A DNA stretch of 64,000 nucleotides, taken from the IMG/VR virus record IMGVR_UViG_3300009095_000010, positions 1 through 64,000 of that record; one strand, 5' to 3'. Position 1 is the stretch's first letter. Every line of letters begins with the position of its first letter. Source of the stretch: a virus (Duplodnaviria > Caudoviricetes). Made by a program: the position numbers and the translations under genes. A model generated the notes under the pieces. That model did not search any database, had not been told where the DNA came from, and worked only from the letters and a program-made list of their open reading frames with translations. Of the stretch, positions 54,411 to 63,999 are shown in pieces.

Positions 54411-57034
54411 TTTACTCTCTCTCCAGTTTCAAGCTCAACCTCAACCACATCAAGCTCCCCATGATCATGATTACCAATCACTTCAATGTAGATATCCTGT
54501 CCAGTACCTTCGTCCCTAGAGCGGACGAACTCCCCATGTTGAATATCTTGAATTGGCTTGGTTGTTAGGTAAGATCCTTCTGGAGTGTATATATCAATGG
54601 GTTCTAAAAAGTACAAACAACGATTGAACCCATAGCCGCCGAACTGCGCAATAGTCTCATCCCAAACTCTTGTTGCAGTTTCTTCTGTGAGGCCCTTGTT
54701 CTTCACTGCCCCTTCAATGAATTCCTCTCTCCACTTCGCAACCTTCTCTGGATTCTTACCTTTCTCTTTGGTAAGTTTACGAAGCTTATCCGCATCGTGG
54801 AGATCCCATCCAGCAACATCTTGTGCCAGATACATTAAACTCTCTTCATACAAACCATATCCATACGTTGAGGCAAAAGCACGATGAAGAGTTGGATGCA
54901 TCAAAGATATCTTCTCATCTCCATTACGAACTTTGAGAAGATCAGGAATCGTATCTTTTGCTGCCGGACGCACAAGAGCAGAGACCAGGGCGATATCCTC
55001 TACCGATCTTGGCTTCACTTTCTTACAAACAGGAACAGCAGTGGATCCAAGTTGGAACACACCAAAGGTATCACCTTCACCAATAAGATGATAAGTCTTA
55101 TCATCAACAACTTCGTAATCGAAGGGCTCTCCTGGTAACGTCTTTCCCGTTTCCAAGATAAGCTTATATGTTTCACCAATAATGTCTAAAGTCTCCAAGC
55201 CAAGAGTATCAATCTTGACCAGACCATTTTCTTCAGCAAGTTCCTTGTCGTACTCCAGAACAAGCGCACCGTTTGCGTCACGACGAAGTGGAACCAATCC
55301 CTCTAAAGGCCTTTTAGAAACAACAATACCACCAGCGTGAGTTGACCACGCTCTTGGTAAACCACAAAGGTCCGCATACTCTTCAAGCTCTGGATATTGC
55401 TTTGCGTATTCTGCAAAGAGAGGAGCGTCCGTCAGAGCTTTCTTGATAGACTTTACATCATCAGGAAGTGAGTCTGCAATGTTGTTTCCAATCTCAGCAG
55501 CAACAGATCTTCCTTGACCACCAAATTCAAATACGCGAGCAATGTCTCTTGCATACACCTTCGGTGTGATGGTGTTGATATTAGAAACGTGAGCTACGTT
55601 TCCTTCACCATACTTGGAACGTAAGTAATCATGAAGCTTCGCTCTTCCTGATGGAGCAATATCATTATCAATATCCGGAAAGGCTTCTTTGTACTTGTTC
55701 AAGAAGCGAGCAAAGATAAGACCATAACGCTTGGGATATGCTTGGTGAATTCCGTTGACGTACGCCGTAAGAGAACCACCAACCGAACCACGACCAGGTC
55801 CGATGGCAATCATATTCTTTCGACACCAGTTGAGGAAGTCAGCGGTGATGAGCATGTAAGAGCTGAAGTTTCTGTACTCAAGAACGTCGAACTCTTCGAG
55901 CATTTGCTCTACACACTCATCGTAATCATCCTCTGGAACTTTTCCCTTTTCAATTTTCTTTTCTAGACCCTCAAGTGATCGATACCTATAAAACAAAGCA
56001 TCGTCTGCAATTTGGTCATCCATCACTTTGGTGGTTTTGAAACCCGTCTGACTAGCTCTCCACTTTTCAAAGTCAAGATAGTCTGGTTCGTCTTTATAGG
56101 GAAACTCGGGAAGCTGAGATTTTTCTCCAGTGCTTATCGCAGGATCAATCCAGTTAGGTTCTTCACACTGGTCTGCATAATACACAGTGTTTTCAAATAA
56201 AGATTCAACAAACTCTTCGCCCCACATTTTGATATGACGTTCAAAGTGTTGGTAAACCTGATCGGAGTTCTTGACATAGAACTCGTGCTTGTCATAACGC
56301 AAACGATTACCAGAAGTAATGGGCTGACCCGAGCCAATGCAAAGATAAGCATCATGTCTCTTATGGTCTTCCTTCTTGAGGTAATGAGCATCAGTAGCAA
56401 CTATACAACGTATACCAAGCTTCTGACCAATACTCTTGAGAGCCATATTGATCTTCTGCTGATTGACCGGACCAGAATACGGAGAATTTCTTCTTTGAAG
56501 ATTATGAGGCTGAAGCTCTAGAGCGAAGTTATCACCAAAGATGGTCTGCAATCTTTTGACCGCCTCTTCTGCTTCTTGTGGTTGATCGTTCATAATATAC
56601 TGGGAAACTAATCCGTTTCCACAAGCAGATGTACAAATCAAACCATCACTGAATTCTTCAAGCATCTTCCAATCCACACGCGGGACTGCTTTCTTGAAGA
56701 CTACAGAATACTTATCAAACCCTCTCTTGTTTAGCTTGAGAAGATTCTCATACCCAACAGCGTTCTTTGCTAAGAACACAAGATGACGGAAGTTTGAATC
56801 TTCTGCGTCATCAGAGTCATCTACGAAGTAACACTCACAACCAGCAATGAGTTTAATTTCGGCTTTCTTAGCTGCTTTAAAAGCCTCCCACACAGCAGAT
56901 AAAGAGCCGTGGTCTGTGATGGCCACGGCTGTCTGCCCAGCATCTTTGGTTGCTGAAATTAGATCTTTTGGAGAGATGATGGAATCTCCAATAGAACCGG
57001 TCGTATGGTTATGCAGACTTACGTATTTTCTCAC
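54290..57034 (-). CDS. dnaE: DNA polymerase III alpha, N-terminal half, fused to split intein IntN (109 aa)
   Basis: PHP domain (SLHNHT, AITDHG), GPGRGSVGGS, FPDIDND, HAGG, KIDTLGL; ends GYGFNR|CLYF...CTMNHKF...; probable GTG start at 57034. Confidence 0.93.
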   Translation of the reverse strand: MRKYVSLHNHTTGSIGDSIISPKDLISATKDAGQTAVAITDHGSLSAVWEAFKAAKKAEIKLIAGCECYFVDDSDDAEDSNFRHLVFLAKNAVGYENLLKLNKRGFDKYSVVFKKAVPRVDWKMLEEFSDGLICTSACGNGLVSQYIMNDQPQEAEEAVKRLQTIFGDNFALELQPHNLQRRNSPYSGPVNQQKINMALKSIGQKLGIRCIVATDAHYLKKEDHKRHDAYLCIGSGQPITSGNRLRYDKHEFYVKNSDQVYQHFERHIKMWGEEFVESLFENTVYYADQCEEPNWIDPAISTGEKSQLPEFPYKDEPDYLDFEKWRASQTGFKTTKVMDDQIADDALFYRYRSLEGLEKKIEKGKVPEDDYDECVEQMLEEFDVLEYRNFSSYMLITADFLNWCRKNMIAIGPGRGSVGGSLTAYVNGIHQAYPKRYGLIFARFLNKYKEAFPDIDNDIAPSGRAKLHDYLRSKYGEGNVAHVSNINTITPKVYARDIARVFEFGGQGRSVAAEIGNNIADSLPDDVKSIKKALTDAPLFAEYAKQYPELEEYADLCGLPRAWSTHAGGIVVSKRPLEGLVPLRRDANGALVLEYDKELAEENGLVKIDTLGLETLDIIGETYKLILETGKTLPGEPFDYEVVDDKTYHLIGEGDTFGVFQLGSTAVPVCKKVKPRSVEDIALVSALVRPAAKDTIPDLLKVRNGDEKISLMHPTLHRAFASTYGYGLYEESLMYLAQDVAGWDLHDADKLRKLTKEKGKNPEKVAKWREEFIEGAVKNKGLTEETATRVWDETIAQFGGYGFNRCLYFLEPIDIYTPEGSYLTTKPIQDIQHGEFVRSRDEGTGQDIYIEVIGNHDHGELDVVEVELETGERVKCTMNHKFRTIETGEMLPLHQILKDGLSIVVSDVTRTSGA

Positions 57035-57395
57035 TAAGCACCTCATTAAGTAGATAGCTTGTCGCTATTCCCTTTGCCCAGTGATAAGTAGAATCCGAAC
57101 CCGAAACCCTCGACACCAAATCGGTATACATCTCAGCATCTGTTTCAACATCTAAATTGCAAACGATGATTAACAATCCTGCCAATACGATATCACACTC
57201 TGAATTATCTTCTTCTAGAAGGCTAACGCATTGGTTATGAAAAAACTTAGATGACTTCTTGCCATTCCTAACCAGCATAGTTATTGCAGGAAAGTCTTCA
57301 TGCGATCTTACAAAGCGTACAATACTAGAAAGTGTGGTTGGATCAAAGACATCCAAGTCTTCCATTAAGTTTTCTAAGTGATAAGCTATTCTCAT
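57009..57395 (-). CDS. Hypothetical protein
   Basis: 128-aa ORF with GGAG SD. Confidence 0.55.
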   Translation of the reverse strand: MRIAYHLENLMEDLDVFDPTTLSSIVRFVRSHEDFPAITMLVRNGKKSSKFFHNQCVSLLEEDNSECDIVLAGLLIIVCNLDVETDAEMYTDLVSRVSGSDSTYHWAKGIATSYLLNEVLSEKIRKSA

Positions 57396-57686
57396 TTACT
57401 CTCCGTTTGTTTGTTCAAATATCTTAAATGTATTCTCTAAGTTATCAACGAGCTGAGAGCAATTTGCGGAACCGCCACACCGAACCTGGACCCTAGCAGA
57501 TCCAAATGGTCCAGATGCGGTAAGTCCATCTTTCTGAACAAAGAAAACACCAACGCGAGTATAGTTTTCGGTTGTCCTATAACCAGCCTGTTTGAATGTC
57601 GCCAAAGACGTTTTGGAAAGGGGTACATCCAACTCAAAGACATACCCCTTTCCACCACAACAAGATTTAATCAACTGTCGCTTCAT
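57396..57686 (-). CDS. Hypothetical protein
   Basis: 96 aa with KSCCGG and RCGGSANC. Confidence 0.55.
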   Translation of the reverse strand: MKRQLIKSCCGGKGYVFELDVPLSKTSLATFKQAGYRTTENYTRVGVFFVQKDGLTASGPFGSARVQVRCGGSANCSQLVDNLENTFKIFEQTNGE

Positions 57687-58017
57687 CGTCTGTTCCTGTT
57701 GCTTTTTTCACAACAACACCACGAGAGTTCATTAGATAAACACAAAAATCTACCTTTGCCTTCTCGGCAGCAATTGTATCAGTGAAGAAGCTCTTATACT
57801 CTTTCAGTTCATCTTGAAGAGATTTTAGCTTAGCATCATTCCTCATATCAAATGATGTGTTTGACATGTTACGAACAGCTTTTATAAGATCTCTTTCAAG
57901 TTCATCTGTTTGTTTACCCTGTGCTGCATCTCTCCAAGTCTCAGATAAAAGATTCCAAGACTTATCGGGAAAACCATCAGGTGATGTTGATTTTGATTTA
58001 CGCGCTTTACGAGCCAT
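57667..58017 (-). CDS. Hypothetical coiled-coil protein
   Basis: 116-aa ORF with a basic N-terminus. Confidence 0.6.
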   Translation of the reverse strand: MARKARKSKSTSPDGFPDKSWNLLSETWRDAAQGKQTDELERDLIKAVRNMSNTSFDMRNDAKLKSLQDELKEYKSFFTDTIAAEKAKVDFCVYLMNSRGVVVKKATGTDDEATVD

Positions 58018-58032
58018 ATGTTTTCAATTTCC

Positions 58033-59316
58033 TTACTCAATAACTGTTGCTTGATCTGTAATCCACTGTAAAGTGAACTCATCTTTTATTGAATTGATCA
58101 AGCTAACAATATACGGTCTAGCTTGTGGGTTGTTGATAATTGCAGGATTCTGTCCTTGCGCTTGAAGATGTTGCACCAAATGATTTTGAGCTTCACCATC
58201 ATTCAAAACAGAATCTGGTTCACCTTCACGAACACTGTCAAGAATCAAGGACAGCCGAGTATTTTTCTCGGCTTGTTCCGAAATTCTATTCTTCTCAGTT
58301 TCATCAAGATCTTTGAAGAGCAAACCTGATTGCATAGCAATGTTTCGAGCTTCGCTTTCAACAATGAAATCTGGAACCTTGAATTTATTCGCTTCAACAA
58401 GCCTGATAGCAATTTGATTTCTTTTTTCCTGTTGAGCTGTTTTCTGAATAGAAGCCTTAGAAATTGTTCTAAGTTTATCCATCATCTCTTTCAAGCTATC
58501 AACGCCCATCATTTTTAGAAAGTCTTCATTAACAGGATGTGGCTTACGCTTCGTTCCCATATGAATAGTTACTGAAAATTTTGCTTGCTTCCCGAGCAGG
58601 GTATCGGGACCAGACTCAAACTTGAAATCAAACTCTTTTGTCTCTCCTGCCCTCATTCCTAAAAGATTGTCATCCCAACCACTCCAGCGGTCAGAGCCGA
58701 CCTGATACATCTCTCCCTCTACCAAAGATCCATCAAACGTTTCTCCTTCAATGGTTGCTTCAAATGACAGCGTGAGCTGATCCCCAATTTCAACAATATC
58801 ATCTTCTTCATATGGCTCTGTCTCACCAACACGAAGTCTTAGATTGAAAAGAGATTTTTCTGCAAGAGCTTCCTCATCAAGAGGACCAGTATCAGGTTTT
58901 GGAATCTCAAACCTCAAATCAGAAAGCTCAAACTCTGGTTTCTTTGTCAGTTCAACATCACATGAAAAAACATTTCCTTTGATTGAAATGTTACTGAAAG
59001 ATGGCTGACCAATTGGTTTGATATCTGTTTCAAAAACAATATCATCAATTGCCGCAGTTGCCATTTCACGAGCAATGAATTGATTAATTTGCGGACGAAG
59101 TCGAACTTTGATTGCACTATCAGGAGCTTTTCCTTTTCTAAATCCTGGTATTTGAATATTACGAAGATTAGATACAGCCTCTTCAAGTTTTTGACTTACA
59201 ATATCCGGATCTCCAATATAATGAACCTTTAGTTTGCAATAATCAGGCTCTTCAATATTTAAGATTGGATATTCTAATGTTTCTTTTTCTTCTTTTATAT
59301 TTGGCGCTTCATTCAT
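58033..59316 (-). CDS. tig: Trigger factor (ribosome-associated chaperone/PPIase)
   Basis: Ribosome-binding signature IPGFRKGKAP, FKBP-type middle domain (GDQLTLSFEATIEGETFDG...LLGMRAGE) and C-terminal VPDFIVESE; full 427-aa length. Confidence 0.9.
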   Translation of the reverse strand: MNEAPNIKEEKETLEYPILNIEEPDYCKLKVHYIGDPDIVSQKLEEAVSNLRNIQIPGFRKGKAPDSAIKVRLRPQINQFIAREMATAAIDDIVFETDIKPIGQPSFSNISIKGNVFSCDVELTKKPEFELSDLRFEIPKPDTGPLDEEALAEKSLFNLRLRVGETEPYEEDDIVEIGDQLTLSFEATIEGETFDGSLVEGEMYQVGSDRWSGWDDNLLGMRAGETKEFDFKFESGPDTLLGKQAKFSVTIHMGTKRKPHPVNEDFLKMMGVDSLKEMMDKLRTISKASIQKTAQQEKRNQIAIRLVEANKFKVPDFIVESEARNIAMQSGLLFKDLDETEKNRISEQAEKNTRLSLILDSVREGEPDSVLNDGEAQNHLVQHLQAQGQNPAIINNPQARPYIVSLINSIKDEFTLQWITDQATVIE

Positions 59317-59319
59317 GAC

Positions 59320-60162
59320 TTACCACTTCCTTACTCCAACAACTGGCTTTACTGCTTTTTGTTTCAACTTACCCTTCTTTATCAAGAAGTTCTTTCCCTC
59401 TTTACAATGATCTAAATAATCACAGTACATACAAAGGAACTGAGGGTTTGGTCTCCAAAGCTTTTCTTCACCAATTTGAGATGCATACCTCAAAAACTTC
59501 TCGGCCACAGACATGATTTCATCTCTTGTATATTCCTGTGTGATATAATCAAACGAATGTCGCAAAAGAATAAATGAAGCTCTTATCTTTTTTATTGATT
59601 CATCCTCAAGACATAAAGCATAGCAATATGTAATTAGTTGAAAGAAATCTTTCAGATACTTAGGATCCTTTGTCGTTTTATAATCTGCAACATGAATCAA
59701 CCCATCTGGATCAATCTGAATGCGGTCAATGAACCCATTGAGCAGAACAGTGTTGTTAATGTTGATGTAGAAAGGTTTCTCTACCTCAAGAACGTTTGGA
59801 AGACCTTCTTCTTCTAAAATCTGCTCATACTCATCTACAATACTCTGGGCTTCTTTATATTGTAAGCCGGTCATCTGATCGTTGTATTCTTCATAGGCAG
59901 CATCCCACGCATCAGAAAGAGCCAGCTTCCAGTCCTCTGCGCGAGACGGGTTGTTCAACAAGTCACGATGAAAATTTTCTAGAACTTGATGCAAGTACTT
60001 TCCGAAAATGTGAAAGTCCCGATCAATCCTTGGTAACTTGTCAATGTAACAAAACTTGAACTTCGCCTTACAATCATCAAACGTTTTCGACTTGCTGACA
60101 GATAGAGTGATGTCAACATTCGACATGTCTCTTTCAGGCAAGAGACTTGCTGTTATATTCAT
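59320..60162 (-). CDS. Cas4/AddB-like PD-(D/E)XK exonuclease
   Basis: LSVS...C, GKYLH, GFIDRI...DYKT, QLITY and C-terminal CMYCDYLDHC (Fe-S-type Cys set). Confidence 0.85.
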   Translation of the reverse strand: MNITASLLPERDMSNVDITLSVSKSKTFDDCKAKFKFCYIDKLPRIDRDFHIFGKYLHQVLENFHRDLLNNPSRAEDWKLALSDAWDAAYEEYNDQMTGLQYKEAQSIVDEYEQILEEEGLPNVLEVEKPFYININNTVLLNGFIDRIQIDPDGLIHVADYKTTKDPKYLKDFFQLITYCYALCLEDESIKKIRASFILLRHSFDYITQEYTRDEIMSVAEKFLRYASQIGEEKLWRPNPQFLCMYCDYLDHCKEGKNFLIKKGKLKQKAVKPVVGVRKW

Positions 60163-60172
60163 ATTCTAATCC

Positions 60173-61159
60173 TTAAATAAGATGCCGATACTTAAACGGT
60201 ATCCACTTAAAGACCATACCAACGCCCTCTCCACGACTCGACCTTGTTACAATACCAGACATGTTTACTGTAGGATTCATTGAAGGAGAATAAGGTTCTT
60301 TAGATATAATCCAACGAGCTACACGGTTATCATAGTAATAGTAAGTCAATGAATTATCTGTTGGGTTGAAATGCGCTTTAAGAAAACCACCTTGAGGCGT
60401 AATGGTATCAACGTTCGTTAGGAGGGTTCCGTCTCTTGCCCTTGCAGGATCCTCAAGATCAAAGTATGGTCTATTGATTTTAGGAATATCAGGATCGTAT
60501 TGTTCTTCTCTTGAGTCTTGAAAAATAACAAGTGCTCTAGGATCAAACAAAGGACCAGCTGCATTTGTTGAAATGGTTTGTGTGTTGTCGTTTCTAGGCT
60601 TTACCCACAACACACGAGCTGGAAGAGTTCCCAAACCTCTTCCCATTTGTCCTATCTGATCGGTTTCTGAAAATAGAACTTGATATTTTTCATTTGGGTT
60701 TTGGTATCCAGCATATCCATCAAAACCATCATAGCCCGTTGGAACTCTTGGTCCTTGCTGGTTGTCAACAACCTGACCGGCTGTGTTACCAAAACGTTGT
60801 CCTGGACTGAATGCTTCTGCGGGCGAACCAAAAGGATAGGTTGCCTTTCCTGCGACATTATCAAGACCGTAAACTTTATCGTGTGGGTGTCTTCCAGGAA
60901 CAATATTTGTTTTGTACTGCTGGGAAATAACAGGTGATGTATCTACACCATCAGTTGCAAATGCTTTTAATACGACACTGCCACTATTAGTTGGCATCTC
61001 TATTGGGCCAACAGCAACAGATGATGATATTGAAGGATCTGATCCATCAAGAGTATAAAAAATCGTTGCTGGTACATTAGAATCAAGAGTAACGTTTGAA
61101 GGTATTCCAGCTAATAATTGCAGCGGCGATTCTTTTATTGTAATTGTAATTGTAGCCAT
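60173..61159 (-). CDS. Protein with chitobiase/Fn3-associated N-terminal domain; probable virion component
   Basis: ATIFYTLDGSDPS...VLKAFATDG motif; contains YDGFDGY. Confidence 0.6.
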   Translation of the reverse strand: MATITITIKESPLQLLAGIPSNVTLDSNVPATIFYTLDGSDPSISSSVAVGPIEMPTNSGSVVLKAFATDGVDTSPVISQQYKTNIVPGRHPHDKVYGLDNVAGKATYPFGSPAEAFSPGQRFGNTAGQVVDNQQGPRVPTGYDGFDGYAGYQNPNEKYQVLFSETDQIGQMGRGLGTLPARVLWVKPRNDNTQTISTNAAGPLFDPRALVIFQDSREEQYDPDIPKINRPYFDLEDPARARDGTLLTNVDTITPQGGFLKAHFNPTDNSLTYYYYDNRVARWIISKEPYSPSMNPTVNMSGIVTRSSRGEGVGMVFKWIPFKYRHLI

Positions 61160-61179
61160 GTACTTTAAATAAGCAATTA

Positions 61180-61491
61180 TTAGTGAACTATATCCAGAAA
61201 CCTTTTATTATTTTTGTAGTTCTTGTTCTTTCTTTTACTTTCTCGATAAATACAATGAGCTGCCCTTCGCAAAATTCTTCCTATAACGAAGTAGTTGCGA
61301 TTACCTGTGGTACGAAACAAAGCAAAAAATGCCTCGGATTGATCAAGCATCATCTCTTCAGGGTACTCAAGGTGTTTACGAGCTAACACGCCAGTTCTGA
61401 GAATGTGCTTGAAAAATTTCTCCGCCCCAACATCTTTAAGTAAGGTTTCGTACTCTTCTCGAATACGTTTGGTAACTCTCATAAGCATCAA
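61180..61491 (-). CDS. Hypothetical basic protein
   Basis: ~100-aa ORF with GGAG upstream. Confidence 0.55.
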   Translation of the reverse strand: MMLMRVTKRIREEYETLLKDVGAEKFFKHILRTGVLARKHLEYPEEMMLDQSEAFFALFRTTGNRNYFVIGRILRRAAHCIYRESKRKNKNYKNNKRFLDIVH

Positions 61492-61534
61492 CTGGTTACT
61501 TACTCTCCTATGCTGATACCAATTGATGCCTATT

Positions 61535-61696
61535 TAGTTTATTTCAAAACGGTTTCTTTTTCTATCTAACCATATAATTCTAAACAATAAGTAGCTCGAT
61601 CAATCAAACAACCATCAGCAGCTAACATTCCAGCCCAATAAAATGAAAGCTCATTATCTTTTGAAAAGAAAGATTCATTGAATGGTATTTTTTCAT
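61535..61696 (-). pseudogene. Remnant of a LAGLIDADG homing endonuclease
   Basis: ATG at 61696 (MKKYH) is one base out of frame with FNESFFSKDNELSFYWAGMLAADGCL, the typical first LAGLIDADG helix; a stop follows within ~12 codons. Confidence 0.7.
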
Positions 61697-62358
61697 AGTG
61701 AGTTAGCAAACCTATCAATAATACTTTGTAAGTCATCAAGTGTTCCTGTATTCTGAACAACAAGATCAAACTGGTCGTCTGGTATTGATTCCATTTCAAT
61801 TTCAGATTGATGCTTTCCAAAATCGCCTTGTAATCCAGCCCCAGGGCGAATCACTCGTACCAATTTACCACCAGCTTCTTTGATGAATTGAATTTCGTTT
61901 TTGAAACGAACATCAGCAATTACAACAGCTTTAACTTGCTCAGGGAATCCTTCGACTGTTTCAAACTCACCTTGTGGGTATTGTGAAATGTAAGGCTGCA
62001 ATCCAATAGATGGGGAGTAACACCACTCTTTCTTTGTTGTCAGAAGCACTGTTGAAATCTTAATTGCATACCGAATCCAAACATCATAATCCAAGGCGCG
62101 ACCACCCTCGGTACCAAGATGTTGTAATACTTTCCTTGCTGTAAGGAACTCGTCCCCAATTGGATACCTTTCATCTGGTCTGTTTCTATTTTCACTCGAA
62201 CCCCAGAGCTGTTCATCTGAAAAATCCCAAAGCTCTTTTGAAAATCGTTTGATGGGATCAGCTAGAGAAATCTTTATGAATCCATCTTTAGCCAATAACA
62301 TATCAGCTGCCGTGTCTTTACCCGAACCGGCTTGTCCGCTTATACCAATAATATTCAT
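61693..62358 (-). CDS. Deoxynucleoside monophosphate kinase
   Basis: IIGISGQAGSGKDT, LADPIK, RKVLQHLGTE, IADVRFKNE, HQSE and NTGTLDDL. Confidence 0.9.
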   Translation of the reverse strand: MNIIGISGQAGSGKDTAADMLLAKDGFIKISLADPIKRFSKELWDFSDEQLWGSSENRNRPDERYPIGDEFLTARKVLQHLGTEGGRALDYDVWIRYAIKISTVLLTTKKEWCYSPSIGLQPYISQYPQGEFETVEGFPEQVKAVVIADVRFKNEIQFIKEAGGKLVRVIRPGAGLQGDFGKHQSEIEMESIPDDQFDLVVQNTGTLDDLQSIIDRFANSL

Positions 62359-62402
62359 ATTACACCTACCTTGACGGCACGCTAAACCCCTGACGCTCTT
62401 TT

Positions 62403-62995
62403 TTAGAAATCCTTATACCTATGCGGTAACTCATTGATAAATATCCAGTGTGCAGATGCATATCCAAAATCACCTACAGGTGCTTTAGCAACCTCTTCTC
62501 CAGTAGCAAAACCACAGAATGAATATGTTCTATCATCCCAAAACTTAACTGCGGCATACTGATCTAGTTTTTTGAATTCACTAATCTTTACCAACATTCT
62601 ACAACGCTGTACATTACTATCTGGTGGAATGGCTTTAATCTCAATACTCTCTCCACACACCTCGGCATCCCAATCTGGAAGTTCAGATATATTTTCAGTA
62701 TAAAGTGGTACAAACTTAGACCACCTTTCTAATCCAATCTCTTTTACGCGCTCTCGAAATGCTATTTGTCCCAACGATCCGAAAATTTCATCAGCATATT
62801 CACCCTTGTTTGGGTCATACCAATGTTTTTTGACCCAAACCCTGCATGAAATTGTCTTCGGGCTTTCGCAGTTTCAATTGCTTCTTCAAACCAAATATCT
62901 TTGATAGTATGAATCAGAAATTTTTTACCCCTATAAACTATAAGATCCTGAACAAACGTTGGATTATATCTTTCATAGCTTTGTAATTCAGACAC
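62403..62995 (-). CDS. PD-(D/E)XK-fold protein interrupted by a -1 frameshift at A AAA AAC
   Basis: GTG start at 62995 (VSELQ...GFGSKN); the -1 frame continues HWYDPNKGEYADEIFGSLGQIAF...PDWD...IEIKA. Confidence 0.55.
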
Positions 62996-63728
62996 TTTTC
63001 TCTCTTTGAAAATTCCAATCACGCCAGCCGCCGTATCTAATTCGAGTGCTAAGAACACTTTCGATAAGCTCACCAACACCATCTGGAATACTTCTAGCAG
63101 GACCAGAGTAGCTATAAGTTCCATCCACTCCACAGTCCCAAGAGTTTTCTCCTTTACCCTGATGTGGGATTGGTTCCTCTAACTCAATGTCTATGCTCTT
63201 TTGAACCTTAGAAAACCATCTTGGACGAGACCAAGTATCCAAACACAGTTTAGCTTTAGCTTTGTAAGAACGCTCAGGCATAGGAACCTCTACATCCCTG
63301 GACTCAAGAACTTGTCGAGAGTACTTTGGCTTACCCAGCAGACCATCAATTACATTGATTGTAGTTGACCACCACTTAGGATCGTTTGAATCCCACTCCA
63401 TAGGATCTTTCCAAAGGTCAATCCAAATAGATCCGTCATGGACAGCGACACCTATGGTGCGTCCATTTCCATAACGTCTTTCTTTTCTTTTTGTTTTTTT
63501 CTGTATGAAATTAGATAGTTTGTAATTCTCATACGACAAATACAAACTAAACAAACCAACACCTACAGAAAACTGAACAGCCTCATCATGTGTACCAAGC
63601 TCAACTCTAAGCTGATAATTACCAGAAGGTACAGCCCACTCAGCTCTGAAAGAGCCCAACCAACATCTTCCGTGTTCCAAGTACTTCTTAGGAGTACTAT
63701 CATTTAAATCTTGATAATGAAATCTCAT
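62988..63728 (-). CDS. Hypothetical Trp-rich phage protein
   Basis: ~246-aa ORF; probable start MRFHY. Confidence 0.6.
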   Translation of the reverse strand: MRFHYQDLNDSTPKKYLEHGRCWLGSFRAEWAVPSGNYQLRVELGTHDEAVQFSVGVGLFSLYLSYENYKLSNFIQKKTKRKERRYGNGRTIGVAVHDGSIWIDLWKDPMEWDSNDPKWWSTTINVIDGLLGKPKYSRQVLESRDVEVPMPERSYKAKAKLCLDTWSRPRWFSKVQKSIDIELEEPIPHQGKGENSWDCGVDGTYSYSGPARSIPDGVGELIESVLSTRIRYGGWRDWNFQREKSV

Positions 63729-63729
63729 A

Positions 63730-63999
63730 TTACCACGTTCCAACTAATCTTGCTTCTGCTCCATCCTCTCCTTCTTCTACAAGGATTGCATGAGAGAACT
63801 TATCTTTTAAATCTTTGTTGTGCGTAATTACAAATATAGTAAAATCTTTTTGCCATTTACGTATGGCATCTGCGAACGCATCAACACCAGCATCATCTAG
63901 ATGAGAATCTACCTCATCAAACTCAAGCATACGAATATCAATACCTAGACGTTTCTGAATCACACGCGCAGTGCCTCGCTTAAAAGCAAGAGCAATATA
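63730..63999 (-). CDS. SbcC/Rad50-like ABC ATPase, C-terminal part (5'-partial)
   Basis: YIALAF...LEFDEVDSHLD (Walker B/D-loop) and VITH (H-switch). Confidence 0.8.
   Translation of the reverse strand, partial: YIALAFKRGTARVIQKRLGIDIRMLEFDEVDSHLDDAGVDAFADAIRKWQKDFTIFVITHNKDLKDKFSHAILVEEGEDGAEARLVGTW

Noticed and set aside
59320-60162. Cas4-like nuclease as evidence of a CRISPR-Cas system
   Set aside because: No repeat-spacer array or other cas genes were seen; stand-alone Cas4-like exonucleases are common in phage replication modules.
1322-63133. Numerous short + strand ORFs and alternative-frame - strand ORFs in the track
   Set aside because: They overlap well-supported - strand genes and lack SD sequences or protein-like motifs; all credible genes are on the - strand.
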